Positions 53,040-62,459 are shown, numbered from the stretch's first letter. The stretch: 64,000 nt of DNA from an uncultured Holophagales bacterium (GCA_964603505.1 CAZRVT010000001.1:52215-116214); one strand, 5' to 3'. The notes: generated by a model from the sequence alone, not told the origin. Numbers and translations are program-made.

Positions 53040-54791
53040 CTATACCGCCAGGATCCCTTCGATCTCGGCGAAGATCTGCTCGTCGCGGAAGTGCTTCTGG
53101 AAGGCCGCGGCCGAGGGGCAGGCGGCCACGCAGGTGCCGCACCCCTTGCAGAGGGCCTCGTTGATGACCGAGCGGTTCTTCTCCTTGTCGTAGGCGATCG
53201 CCGTGTAGGGACAGAGGCCGACGCAGATCTGGCAGCCGGAACAGAGCTCCTCGACGATCTCGGCCGTCACCGCCTCGGTCTCCACCTCGCCGCGCTGGAT
53301 CAGGGAGAGCGCCGCCGAGGCGGCCGCGCCGGCCTGGGCCACCGTGTCCGGGATGTCCTTGGGGCCCTGGCAGGCGCCGGCGATGAAGATGCCGTCGGCC
53401 GCCGTGGAGACGGGAGCCAGCTTGGGGTGCTTCTCGGTGAAGAAGCCGTCCTTGCCCGTGCTGCAGGTGAAGAGGTGGGAGAGTTCCCGCGCCTCGGGCT
53501 TGGCCTCGATGGCGAGGCAGAGGACCACCAGGTCCACGGGGATGCGGCGGACGACGCCGATCATCGTGTCCTCCGCCCGCATGACGAGGCGCCCCTCTTC
53601 CGAGGGGTCCAGGGCGGCGTCGTTGATCTCCGCCACCTTCCCCCGGACGAAGTTGACCCCCTCCTTCAGCAGGCGGTTGTAGAACTCTTCGTACCCCTTC
53701 CCGAAGCACCGCATGTCGATATAGAAGTTGTAGACCTCGCAGTCGTGGATCTTCTCCTTGATCAGATGGGCGAACTTCAGGGCGTACATGCAGCAGACGC
53801 GGGAGCAGTATTCGTGGTATTTCTGGTCGCGGCTCCCCACGCAGTGGACGATCCCGATGCTCTTGGGAACCTTTCCGTCGGCGGTCAGGATCTTGCCCCC
53901 CGTGGGGCCGCCGGCGTTGTTGAGGACCTCGAAATCGAGGCTGGTCATCACGTTCTTGTACTTGCCGTACCCGTATTCCTTCAGCCCGCGGGGGTCCTGC
54001 AGCTGGAACCCGGTGGTGAGGAGGATGGAGCCCACCTCCACCTCCTCCACCCGATCCTGCTGGGCGTGGTCGATGGCCCGGGCCTCGCAGACGTCGACGC
54101 ACACTTGGCACTTGCCCGTCTTGAAGTGGATGCAGGAGTCCCGGTCGATGACGGCCTTGCGGGGGACCGCCTGCATGAAGTCGATGTGGATGGAGGTCAG
54201 GGGCCCCATCGGCATGGCGGCGTAGATCCCCTCCTGGTCGTCCTTGATCTTGATGGCGCCGGTGGGGCAGACGGAGGCGCAGGCGCCGCAGGCGATGCAC
54301 TGCTCGCTGGTGCGGTCGTAGGCGGTGGAGACGGTGCGGTGCGGACCCCGGTCGAAGAAGCCGAGGACGTGGGCCCCCACCACGTCGCTGCAGACCTTGA
54401 CGCAAAGACCGCAGAGGATGCAGTCGTCGTCGCCGCGTCCGAAGCGGCCGGTGGCGCCGTACTCCTCCGCCAGCGCGTTGATCACGGGAACGTTGCCGCA
54501 CCGGGCGAGCATCCACTCCAGGATCATCCGGCGGCTGCGGAGGACCCGCTCGGATCGGGTGAACACCTCGATCCCGTTGCTGACGGGGTAGTTGCAGGCG
54601 GTCACCATCCGGACGCGGTTCCGCAAGTGCACCTCCACGGTGCAGATGCGGCAGACGCCGTAGGCCTCCACCAGCGGGTGGTGGCACAGCGTGGGGATTT
54701 TGACGCCCGCCTTCTCCGCCGCCTGGAGCAGGGGCGTCCGGTCCGCGACCTCAAGCTCGATGCCGTCGATCTTGATCTTGGCCATGTTCAT
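53040..54791 (-). CDS. hdrA: Fusion protein: NuoG/HndD-N-terminal-like Fe-S domain (2Fe-2S + 4Fe-4S clusters) joined to the C-terminal ~two-thirds of heterodisulfide reductase subunit A
   Basis: N-terminal: 2Fe-2S (CHHPLVEAYGVCRIC), CILCGLCVKVC, CIACGACASVCP, C..C..C...C. C-terminal: SILLTTGFQ..YGYGKY..SLDFE..GGPTGGKI..IVHCVGSRD..YCSRVCCMY, GIFIAGACQGPKDIPDTV and C-terminal ferredoxin CSGCQICVGLCPY../CKGCGTCVAACP, colinear with HdrA residues ~300-650. Confidence 0.75.
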   Translation of the reverse strand: MNMAKIKIDGIELEVADRTPLLQAAEKAGVKIPTLCHHPLVEAYGVCRICTVEVHLRNRVRMVTACNYPVSNGIEVFTRSERVLRSRRMILEWMLARCGNVPVINALAEEYGATGRFGRGDDDCILCGLCVKVCSDVVGAHVLGFFDRGPHRTVSTAYDRTSEQCIACGACASVCPTGAIKIKDDQEGIYAAMPMGPLTSIHIDFMQAVPRKAVIDRDSCIHFKTGKCQVCVDVCEARAIDHAQQDRVEEVEVGSILLTTGFQLQDPRGLKEYGYGKYKNVMTSLDFEVLNNAGGPTGGKILTADGKVPKSIGIVHCVGSRDQKYHEYCSRVCCMYALKFAHLIKEKIHDCEVYNFYIDMRCFGKGYEEFYNRLLKEGVNFVRGKVAEINDAALDPSEEGRLVMRAEDTMIGVVRRIPVDLVVLCLAIEAKPEARELSHLFTCSTGKDGFFTEKHPKLAPVSTAADGIFIAGACQGPKDIPDTVAQAGAAASAALSLIQRGEVETEAVTAEIVEELCSGCQICVGLCPYTAIAYDKEKNRSVINEALCKGCGTCVAACPSAAAFQKHFRDEQIFAEIEGILAV

Positions 54792-54809
54792 CGTCGTCCT
54801 CCTCCCGCC

Positions 54810-56708
54810 TTAGACCCGCCGGATGGCGTCGCGCTTGCACACTTCGATGCAGGCGCCGCACTTGATGCACTTGTGGATGTCGATGGAGTGGACCCGCTTC
54901 ACGTCGCCGTAGATAGCCGCCGCGGAGCAGGGCCGGACGCAGGCGTGGCAGCCGTCGCACTTGGCGGGGTCGATGGAGTAGGTGATGAGCTCTTTGCACA
55001 CCCCGCCGGGGCACTTGCGGTCCTTGATATGGGCTTCGTACTCGTGCTTGAAGTACTGCCGGGTGGAAAGGACCGGGTTCGGGGCCGAGGTGCCGAGGGC
55101 GCAGAGGCAGCAGTCCTGCATCACCGCCCCCATCTCGTCCAGGAGCGCCAGGTCGTCCATCGTCCCCTTCCCCTCGCTGATGCGGGTGAGGGTGTCGAGC
55201 ATCGTCTTGAGCCCCTCGCGGCAGGGGGTGCACTTGCCGCACGACTCCTCGGTGAGGAACGCGATGAAGTAGCGGGCCACGTCCACCATGCAGGTCTGCT
55301 CGTCCATGACGATCATCCCGCCGGAGCCCATCATGGAGCCGGCCTCGGTGAGGGAGTCAAAGTCCACCGGCATGTCGAGCTTGTCCTCGGGGAGGCATCC
55401 CCCCGAGGGGCCGCCGGTCTGGACGGCCTTGAACTTCTTCCCCCCGGGAATGCCGCCCCCGATGTCGAAGATGATCTCCCGCAGGGTGATCCCCATGGGG
55501 ACCTCGATGAGGCCGGTGTTGTTGATCTTGCCCACCAGGGAGAACACCTTGGTGCCGGAGGATCCGTTCCAGGGGTTCTCCTTCACGTCGCCGGTCCCCA
55601 TGGAGGCGAACCACTCGGCGCCCCGCTGGATGATGACGGGAACGTTGGCGTAGGTCTCCACGTTGTTGAGATTGCTGGGACGGTCCTGGTAGCCGTGCTC
55701 CACCGTGTGGATGTACTTGGCCCGCGGCTCCCCGACCTTCCCCTCGAGGGAGGCCATGAGCGCGGTGCTCTCGCCGCAGACGAAGGCGCCCGCCCCCTCG
55801 CGGATCTCGATGTCGAAGTCCATTCCGGTCCCCAGGATGTTCTTCCCGAGCAGGCCGAGTTCCCGCGCCTGGTCGAGGGCGCGCTGCAGGCGCTGGCGCG
55901 CCAGGGGATACTCGTGGCGGATGTAGACGAACCCCTCCCGGGCTCCGATGGCGCGGGCGGCGATGACCATCCCCTCGATGACCGAGTGGGGGTCGCTCTC
56001 GATGATGGAGCGGTCCATGAAGGCCCCGGGGTCGCCCTCGTCGGCGTTGCAGATGATGACGGGCTCGCGGGCGGGGAGCCGCGACGACGAGGCCCCCCGG
56101 TCCGCCCCCCTCGGGTCCATGGTCATCCGCTGGCCGGAGGTGTCGGCGGCGTGCAGAGCCGCCTTCCGGCAGGTCTCCCACTTGATTCCGGTCGGGAACC
56201 CCCCGCCGCCCCGCCCCCGGAGCCCGCTCTTCTTGATCTCGAGAATGATGCCCTCGGGGGTCATCTGGGTGAGGGCCTTCGCCAGGGCCTGATAGCCGTC
56301 CACGGCGATGTAGTCCTCGATGCGGTCGGGATCGATGAGCCCGCGGTTGCGCAGGACGACGAGCTTCTGCTTGGCGAAGAAGGGGATGTCCTTGAGGGCG
56401 GGAATGGGGTCTTTCTCTGTCGGCGGGGTGTAGAGGAGCTTCTTGACCGGGCGCCCTTTGAGGAGGTGCTCCTCCACGATCTGCGGCACCTCCCGCTCGC
56501 CCACGCGGCAGTAGAAGACGCCGTCGGGCTGGACGATCATGATGGGGCCCTCGGCGCAGAAGCCCTGGCAGCCGGTGGTGATCACCTGGACCTCGGCGGC
56601 CAGGTTGCGCTTCGCGATCTCCGCCTCGAGGGTCTTCCTCAGGTTGAAGGAGCCCCCGGCGACGCAGCCGGTGCCGGTGCAGATGAGGCAATGGGTGCGG
56701 TAGGCCAT
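54810..56708 (-). CDS. NuoF/HoxF/HndC-like NAD(P)H-binding flavoprotein subunit with N-terminal thioredoxin-like 2Fe-2S domain and C-terminal 2x[4Fe-4S]
   Basis: GRGGGGFPTG (FMN/NADH), ESCGKCTPCREG (N3 cluster), C-terminal CDGCHAC..C and CIKCGACIEVC. Confidence 0.9.
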   Translation of the reverse strand: MAYRTHCLICTGTGCVAGGSFNLRKTLEAEIAKRNLAAEVQVITTGCQGFCAEGPIMIVQPDGVFYCRVGEREVPQIVEEHLLKGRPVKKLLYTPPTEKDPIPALKDIPFFAKQKLVVLRNRGLIDPDRIEDYIAVDGYQALAKALTQMTPEGIILEIKKSGLRGRGGGGFPTGIKWETCRKAALHAADTSGQRMTMDPRGADRGASSSRLPAREPVIICNADEGDPGAFMDRSIIESDPHSVIEGMVIAARAIGAREGFVYIRHEYPLARQRLQRALDQARELGLLGKNILGTGMDFDIEIREGAGAFVCGESTALMASLEGKVGEPRAKYIHTVEHGYQDRPSNLNNVETYANVPVIIQRGAEWFASMGTGDVKENPWNGSSGTKVFSLVGKINNTGLIEVPMGITLREIIFDIGGGIPGGKKFKAVQTGGPSGGCLPEDKLDMPVDFDSLTEAGSMMGSGGMIVMDEQTCMVDVARYFIAFLTEESCGKCTPCREGLKTMLDTLTRISEGKGTMDDLALLDEMGAVMQDCCLCALGTSAPNPVLSTRQYFKHEYEAHIKDRKCPGGVCKELITYSIDPAKCDGCHACVRPCSAAAIYGDVKRVHSIDIHKCIKCGACIEVCKRDAIRRV

Positions 56709-56724
56709 CGTGCGCTCCCTTCCC

Positions 56725-57108
56725 TTAGCTCGCGGTCTCGCAGCCGGCGGCGAGGGCGTACTCCTTCACCACCGCGCCGCCCACGACGTGCTCGGCCAGG
56801 ACGCGCTGGGCCTTGGCCGGGTTGAGGTCCACGTATTTGACGGGGGGCCGGCCGGCGATCTCCACGGTGGCCATCGGCTCCCGGCTGCACAGCCCCGCGC
56901 ACGAGGAGGTGGCGATCAGGACGTCGGCGAGTTTTCTGGCCTCCACCTCCTTCAGAAACGCGTCCAGCACCTCCCGCGCCCCCGCGGCGATGCCGCAGGT
57001 GCTCATGTGCACCGTCACGCGGACCCGGGCCTCGCCGGCCCGCAGGACCATCCGGTGGCGGGCCTCTTCCTTGATCTTCTTCAGGTCGTCGATGGTGATC
57101 CGGGGCAT
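56725..57108 (-). CDS. Thioredoxin-like [2Fe-2S] ferredoxin (HndB-like)
   Basis: 127 aa with C..C pattern (STCGIAAG..SSCAGLC) typical of the small Fd subunit of NADH-dependent bifurcating enzymes. Confidence 0.65.
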   Translation of the reverse strand: MPRITIDDLKKIKEEARHRMVLRAGEARVRVTVHMSTCGIAAGAREVLDAFLKEVEARKLADVLIATSSCAGLCSREPMATVEIAGRPPVKYVDLNPAKAQRVLAEHVVGGAVVKEYALAAGCETAS

Positions 57109-57109
57109 C

Positions 57110-57580
57110 TCACGCCTCCTTGGGCCGGTACTTCTTCAGGATGCGGGGCACGTCGGCCTGCTTCAGCTTGCCGTGCACGTCCTTCCCGACGGTTACGGCC
57201 GGCGCGAGACCGCAGCAGCCGAGGCAGTTGACGGTGTTGACGGAGAACATCAGATCGTCGGTGGTCTGGCCCCGGAGCACGCCGAGCTCCCGCTCGAACG
57301 CCTCGAGCAGGCGCGGGGCCCCCTTCACGTGGCAGGCGGTCCCCATGCAGACGTGGATGGGGTACCGCCCCACCGGCTTGAGGCTGAAGGCCCGGAAGAA
57401 GGTGGCGATCCCGAGGACGCTGGGGAGCGGGACGTCCAGCTGCTCGGCGACCCGCTGGAGGACCGGCTCGGGGAGATGGGTGAACTCCTCCTGGCACTCC
57501 AGAAGCATCCCGATCAGGTGCTCCTTCTTCCGTCCGTGGCGTTGGATGATGGCGTCGGCTTTGGCGATGTCGATGGACAT
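57110..57580 (-). CDS. NuoE/HoxE-like [2Fe-2S] subunit
   Basis: CMGTACHVKG..CLGCCGLAP NuoE cluster motif; 156 aa. Confidence 0.85.
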   Translation of the reverse strand: MSIDIAKADAIIQRHGRKKEHLIGMLLECQEEFTHLPEPVLQRVAEQLDVPLPSVLGIATFFRAFSLKPVGRYPIHVCMGTACHVKGAPRLLEAFERELGVLRGQTTDDLMFSVNTVNCLGCCGLAPAVTVGKDVHGKLKQADVPRILKKYRPKEA

Positions 57581-57590
57581 GGCGGTCTCC

Positions 57591-58502
57591 CTAGTTCATC
57601 TTCTCGCCGGCGGGAGCGAGGGCGGCTGGCCGGGCCTCGGGGGCCGACTGGCCGCGGTTGTCCCCGATGACGAGCTGGCCCTTGACGATGGTGCGCGCCG
57701 CGGGGATGCGGCGGCCGGGGCACTTCTCCCAGCAGACGCCGCACCCGGTGCACTTGTCGGTGTCCACGTAGCGCGCCTTGCGCTGGATCTTGACCTTGAA
57801 GTTCCCCACGAACCCGCTCACCTCCTTGATCTCGGCAAGGGTCAGGAGGTCGATGTTCTTGTTCTGCGCCACGGAGACCGTCTTGGGCGTCAGGATGCAG
57901 GCGGCGCAGTCGAGGGTGGGAAAGGTCTTGTCGAACCGCGACATGTGGCCGCCGATGTAGGACTTCTGCTCCACGAGGGTGACCTTGTTGCCGGCGTGGG
58001 CGATATCGAGAGCGGCGTGGATACCCGCGATGCCGGCCCCGACCACGAGGACGCGGGGGTTGACCGGCACCGTCTTGGCCTCCAGCGGCTGGTGGTGCGC
58101 CACGCGGTGGATGGCCGCCAGCAGGAGCGCCTTGGCCTTGCCGGTGGCGTCGTCCGGGTCCTCCGTGACCCACGAGCAGTGCTCGCGGATGTTGGCCATC
58201 TGGAAAAAGTAAGGGTTGATCCCCCCCTCCTCCGCGGCCCGGCGGAAAGTGAGCTCGTGCATCAGCGGGGAGCACGAGGCGACGACGATGCGGTTGAGGT
58301 GGTGGTCCTGGATGTCCTTTTTAATCAGCTCCTGCCCGGGGTCCGAGCACATGTACTTGTACTCGCGGGCCACCGCCACGTGCGGGCCGTGGTCGCGGGC
58401 GAACCGCATCACCTCGTCCACCCGCACCTTTCCGGCGATGTTGGATCCGCAGTGGCAGACATAGACGCCGATGCGGAGGGTGCCGTTCGTTCCGTTCGTC
58501 AT
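57591..58502 (-). CDS. hdrA: Heterodisulfide reductase subunit A, N-terminal part only (Cys4 cluster + FAD fold + first ferredoxin Cys motif)
   Basis: IGVYVCHCGSNIAG..VASCSP (HdrA N-terminal cluster), VLVVGAGIAGIHAALD (FAD), KCTGCGVCWEKCP. Ends ~40 aa later, where canonical HdrA would continue. Start ATG at 58502 after the junk N-terminus of the track ORF. Confidence 0.7.
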   Translation of the reverse strand: MTNGTNGTLRIGVYVCHCGSNIAGKVRVDEVMRFARDHGPHVAVAREYKYMCSDPGQELIKKDIQDHHLNRIVVASCSPLMHELTFRRAAEEGGINPYFFQMANIREHCSWVTEDPDDATGKAKALLLAAIHRVAHHQPLEAKTVPVNPRVLVVGAGIAGIHAALDIAHAGNKVTLVEQKSYIGGHMSRFDKTFPTLDCAACILTPKTVSVAQNKNIDLLTLAEIKEVSGFVGNFKVKIQRKARYVDTDKCTGCGVCWEKCPGRRIPAARTIVKGQLVIGDNRGQSAPEARPAALAPAGEKMN

Positions 58503-58513
58503 GGAAGGCCTCC

Positions 58514-59407
58514 TTACGACGCCGCGACCAGCCGCGCGGGCGGCGGGGTCATCAGGTCCGCAAACCCCAGCTGCTTCGGCTCCACCCCCAGGGCGTAGCC
58601 GAGGATCTGCGTGAAGTGGAGGATGGGGAGGGGCCGCAGCGTCCGGCCCCGCGCCTGGTCGAACCCGGCGTCGAACCGGGCGATGACCTTGGCCTGGTAG
58701 GCGTCCAGGTTGAAGTGGCAGAGGGGGCAGGCGGTGGCGACGGCGTTGGCGCCGCGCTTCTCCATCTCGCTGAGGAGCATGTAGACCAGCCGCTGGCCCA
58801 CGTCTTCCACGGTCCCCGTGAGCGACCCGCCGCAGCAGCGCGTCTTGTACGGGTAGGGCACGGGCTCGGCGCCGGCCGCCGCCATCAGGCGGTCCATCCG
58901 CTGGGGGTCGTAGGGATCGTCCATGTCCGCGTAGGGGCGGACGAGCTGGCATCCGTAGTACGAGGCCACCTTCCATCCCTTCAGGGGTCGCTTCACCGCC
59001 GCGGCGACGGCCTTCACCCCCTCGTCGGTGGCGAGCAGCTCCAGGGGGTGCTGGACCTTGACCTTGCCCCCGTAGTGCAGGTCTACCCGGTCCATGGCCT
59101 TGTTGATGGGGTCGCCCGGGTGGCCCTGAAGGTACTCGTTGGCCTTCCGGAGCGTGAGGTAGCACCCCGCGCACGGGGCCACCAGTTCGTCGACCTTCTG
59201 CCGCTCGGCCAAGGCGAGATTGCGGCCCGAGACGGCCATGGCCATGTCCTTGTCCACGCCAAAGTAAGCCGTGGCGCCGCAGCAGTTCCAGTCGTCCAGC
59301 TCCTTGAGCTCCATCCCGAGGGCCTTGAAGACGCCCAGCAGCGACCGCTCGTAGGCCTTGGAGGTGGAGCGGACGGAGCACCCGGGGTAATAGCCGTAGG
59401 TCTTCAT
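58514..59407 (-). CDS. hdrB: Heterodisulfide reductase subunit B
   Basis: Two CCG domains (CCG..C..C, YYGCQ..; CCGGS..CPLCHFN). RBS AAGGAGAAGG. Confidence 0.85.
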   Translation of the reverse strand: MKTYGYYPGCSVRSTSKAYERSLLGVFKALGMELKELDDWNCCGATAYFGVDKDMAMAVSGRNLALAERQKVDELVAPCAGCYLTLRKANEYLQGHPGDPINKAMDRVDLHYGGKVKVQHPLELLATDEGVKAVAAAVKRPLKGWKVASYYGCQLVRPYADMDDPYDPQRMDRLMAAAGAEPVPYPYKTRCCGGSLTGTVEDVGQRLVYMLLSEMEKRGANAVATACPLCHFNLDAYQAKVIARFDAGFDQARGRTLRPLPILHFTQILGYALGVEPKQLGFADLMTPPPARLVAAS

Positions 59408-59994
59408 TGCGCCTTCTCCTTGACCGCCTTCACCAGGTTCGCCAGCTGCGCCCGGTTTTTAATCTTGTCGCGGTGATAGAAGTCCTTGACGGCCATCCGG
59501 CCCCTGCGCAGGAGGGCCAGCCCCATCGGGGCCATCTTCATCAGCCCCGCAGGGTTCGTCTTAAGGAGCATCTCCATCACCACCGCCATCTCGGAGTTGC
59601 GGCCGTTCTTCGCGATGATGTCGGCCATCGCCTGCGCCAGCGCCGGGGCGGGGGCGTTCTTGGGGTAGATCCCCTCCTCGATGGCCATCCGCTTGAGGGA
59701 GTACATCACCTCGGTGATCTTGATCTGGGCGGGGCACATTACCGTGCAGGAATAGCACGAGGAGCAGAGCCAGATGGTGTGGCTCCGCAGGGCCTCGTCT
59801 TTGAACCCCGCCTTGACCATGGCCATCAATTTGCGGGGGGTGAAATCCATGTAAAGGGAGACGGGGCAGGTGGAGGAGCAGGTGCCGCATTGAATGCACT
59901 CGGAGATTTTGGAGCACCCGGAGTGTTGCGCCACCCGTTGCGCGAAACCCTTGTCCAACTCCGATTCGTATTTCACGGTCCGTACACTTTCCAT
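59404..59994 (-). CDS. hdrC: Heterodisulfide reductase subunit C
   Basis: CIQCGTCSSTCP and CSSCYSCTVMCP ferredoxin motifs. Start moved to the ATG at 59994, preceded by AAGGAGGG. Confidence 0.8.
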   Translation of the reverse strand: MESVRTVKYESELDKGFAQRVAQHSGCSKISECIQCGTCSSTCPVSLYMDFTPRKLMAMVKAGFKDEALRSHTIWLCSSCYSCTVMCPAQIKITEVMYSLKRMAIEEGIYPKNAPAPALAQAMADIIAKNGRNSEMAVVMEMLLKTNPAGLMKMAPMGLALLRRGRMAVKDFYHRDKIKNRAQLANLVKAVKEKAQ

Positions 59995-60066
59995 GGTCCC
60001 TCCTTTACCATTCGGTCTCGCAGAACTCTTTGACAATCAAAGCATGTGAAATGTGTCACTTGGGCG

Positions 60067-60112
60067 CAAGGCATTGTGAAGATTATCACATGTATATTAT
60101 CTCGTTAAGCCC
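60067..60112. promoter_or_regulatory. Two CRP/FNR/Rex-type palindromic operators (TGTGA-N6-TCAC[TA]) in the hdr operon leader
   Basis: tgtgaaatgtgtcact (60067-60082) and tgtgaagattatcaca (60097-60112). A further inverted repeat CTTTGA-CAA-TCAAAG sits at ~60049-60063. Confidence 0.4.
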
Positions 60113-60206
60113 ACCGGCCATGGCTTGAATACGCCTCCCCCGCGACTTTACGGCCTCAAGCGCAAACTCCCTTCCCCTTGTTGGAGGTGCATATCAAAAC
60201 GATTCA

Positions 60207-60222
60207 TGCAAGTTTCGCGCCA
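60207..60222 (-). promoter_or_regulatory. Predicted sigma54 (-24/-12) promoter for the hdr-nuo-mvh-HK-RR operon
   Basis: Minus-strand reading TGGCGCG-aaac-TTGCAtg versus consensus TGGCACG-N4-TTGCW. Located ~210 nt upstream of hdrC ATG. Two sigma54 activators are encoded in the window. Confidence 0.5.
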
Positions 60223-60443
60223 TGCATCGAAGGCCTCTTCAGGGGGTATGGTGTTGGGAAATGCGATTTTAGTGTTGTATTTTCCTACAATCGAGGCCGC
60301 CGCCAAACGGGATAGCCCCATTGCTCTACAACAGCAAGTTCCACGCGACCGCTTTCTTTTCGGTTCGGTCCCGTCACATGTTCTCGCACAATTTAGTACA
60401 ATAGGGTGTCCATGACTCCCGTGCTCGAAACAAGGGGCGTCTC

Positions 60444-61643
60444 ATGTTGAGCAACATCCCCGTTGAAGAGGCCCTTCGCCTGGTCTTGGGTGCCGTTCGA
60501 CCGGTGGGGGTCGAAAATGTTTCCCTCTGCGAATCGCTGGGAAGGGTTCTGGCGGAATCTGTTCGGGCCAGCGAGGCCAACCCTCCCTACGACAATTCAG
60601 CCATGGACGGTTACGGGCTGGCAGGCTCCCGCCTGGCAGCGCTCCCGGCCCGGCTGAAGATCGTAGGCACGGTTTTCGCAGGCAGCGCTTTTCGCGCCGC
60701 GCTGGGGCCCGGCGAGGTCGTCAAGATCATGACGGGCGCCCCCATCCCCCGGGGCGTGGATCGGGTCATCCCGTTCGAGGAGGCCTCGGAACAGGATGGC
60801 TGCGTCGTCATCACCCGCCTGCCCCCCTCCGGGATACACATCCGCCGCAAGGGGGAGGATTTCCCAAAAGGCGCCGTTCTGATCCCCAAAGGGAGAACCA
60901 TCCGACCCGCCGAAACAGCCATTCTGGCCGCCGTGGGGCGGCTTCGCGTGAGGGTTTTCCGGCGGCCCCGCGTGGCCATCCTCGCCACCGGGAACGAACT
61001 GGTCCCCGTCGGAACGCCACGGAAGCGTGGAACCATCCATGACTCCAACTCCCCGGCCCTCGCCGCCGCGGTGCTGGCCAGCGGGGGCCGCCCCGTCCTG
61101 CTGGGGATTGGACGCGATGCGGTGGCAGATCTCCAAAAAAAGATGGCCCGCGGTTTGGCCTCCGATGTCTTGATCGTGGCCGGCGGGGTCTCGGCGGGCG
61201 AGGCCGATTATTGCCTGGAGGCCCTGCGTTCCCTCGGGGGCCGGCTGATTTTCTACAAGGTCCGCCAGCGGCCCGGTCATCCCCTGGCGTTCGGCCGGGC
61301 GAGACGGAAACCCGTGTTCGTCCTGCCGGGGAACCCCGTTTCCGCCCTAATGGCCTTCTATCTTTACGTCCGGCCGGCCCTTCGCATCATGGGCGGAGCG
61401 GCGGAGGGAGACAACCGACCGGTGGCGGCCGAATTGGGGGAGGCCGTGAAGGGCAAGGCGGGAAGGACCGAATTTTACCGCGTCCGGCTGGAGGACTGGG
61501 ACGGGCGGACCCTGGCATTCCTCACCGGACCGCAGGGTTCCGGCATCCTCACCTCCCTGGCCGACGCCCACGGCTATATCGCGGTGCCCGAGCGGCTCGA
61601 AGGCCTGCCCAAGGGGGCGCGCGTGGAGGTGTATCCGCTGTGA
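60444..61643 (+). CDS. moeA: Molybdopterin molybdotransferase
   Basis: 399 aa; MoeA N-terminal and MoCF-biosynthesis domains (GNELVPVG..IHDSN, GGVSAGEAD). Confidence 0.9.
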   Translation: MLSNIPVEEALRLVLGAVRPVGVENVSLCESLGRVLAESVRASEANPPYDNSAMDGYGLAGSRLAALPARLKIVGTVFAGSAFRAALGPGEVVKIMTGAPIPRGVDRVIPFEEASEQDGCVVITRLPPSGIHIRRKGEDFPKGAVLIPKGRTIRPAETAILAAVGRLRVRVFRRPRVAILATGNELVPVGTPRKRGTIHDSNSPALAAAVLASGGRPVLLGIGRDAVADLQKKMARGLASDVLIVAGGVSAGEADYCLEALRSLGGRLIFYKVRQRPGHPLAFGRARRKPVFVLPGNPVSALMAFYLYVRPALRIMGGAAEGDNRPVAAELGEAVKGKAGRTEFYRVRLEDWDGRTLAFLTGPQGSGILTSLADAHGYIAVPERLEGLPKGARVEVYPL

Positions 61644-62458
61644 TGCAGGACCCCTTCGGCCGTTCGATCACCTACCTTCGGATCTCCGTCACCGACCGGT
61701 GCAACCTGCGGTGCCACTACTGCGTCCCCCCGGGAGAGATCCGGTGGGTTCCCCGCAGGGATCGCCTCGATTTCGAAGAGATCCGGGATTTCACGGCGGA
61801 GGCCGCCGCCGCCGGCATCACGAAAGTGCGGATCACGGGCGGGGAGCCCCTGGTGCGGCGGGACATCGTCCGCCTGGTGGAGATGCTCGCCGCCATCCCG
61901 GGGCTGGTGGAGCGGGCGATGACCACCAACGGCACTCGGTTGGCCCCTCTCGCGCGGGCGTTGAAGCGGGCCGGGCTCGACCGGGTCAACATTAGTTTGG
62001 ACACCCTCGACCCCGACCGCTACGCCCGCATCACCGGAGGCGGCGCGCTGGACGAGGCGCTGGCCGGGATCGCGGCCGCGCAGGAGGCGGACCTCCACCC
62101 GGTCAAAATCAATTTCGTCGTCCTTCCCGGCATCAACACGGACGAGGTGGAGCCCATGGCCGTCTTCTGCCGCGAACGCGGCCTGACGCTCCAGATCATC
62201 GAAGCGATGGACCTGCACCGCCGGCGCAATCCGGCCGAGCGCTTTCGCATGGCCCACCGCCCCGGCCCGTGCGAGGAGTGCAACAAGCTGCGCCTGACCT
62301 GCGACGGACGGTTGATCCCGTGCCTCTTTTCGGACCGCTTCATCCCTATCAGGGATTATCGTGGTCGCTACCGGGAGGCCATCGCCGAATGCGTGGCGAT
62401 CAAGCCCCGGCAGGGCGGATCGTTTGCCCACGGCGCCATGTGCCGGATCGGAGGCTGA
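61642..62458 (+). CDS. moaA: GTP 3',8-cyclase (radical SAM)
   Basis: LRISVTDRCNLRCHYC radical-SAM motif; ATGA overlap with moeA. Confidence 0.9.
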
Positions 62459-62459
62459 G

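Noticed and set aside
52587-56825. 1412-aa + strand ORF
   Set aside because: Antisense to the mvhD/hdrA-fusion/nuoF genes; composition-driven artefact.
60037-60130. Sigma54 promoter directly in the 60040-60130 segment
   Set aside because: Candidate TGACAC..CATGC lacks the GG dinucleotide; the better match is at 60207-60222.
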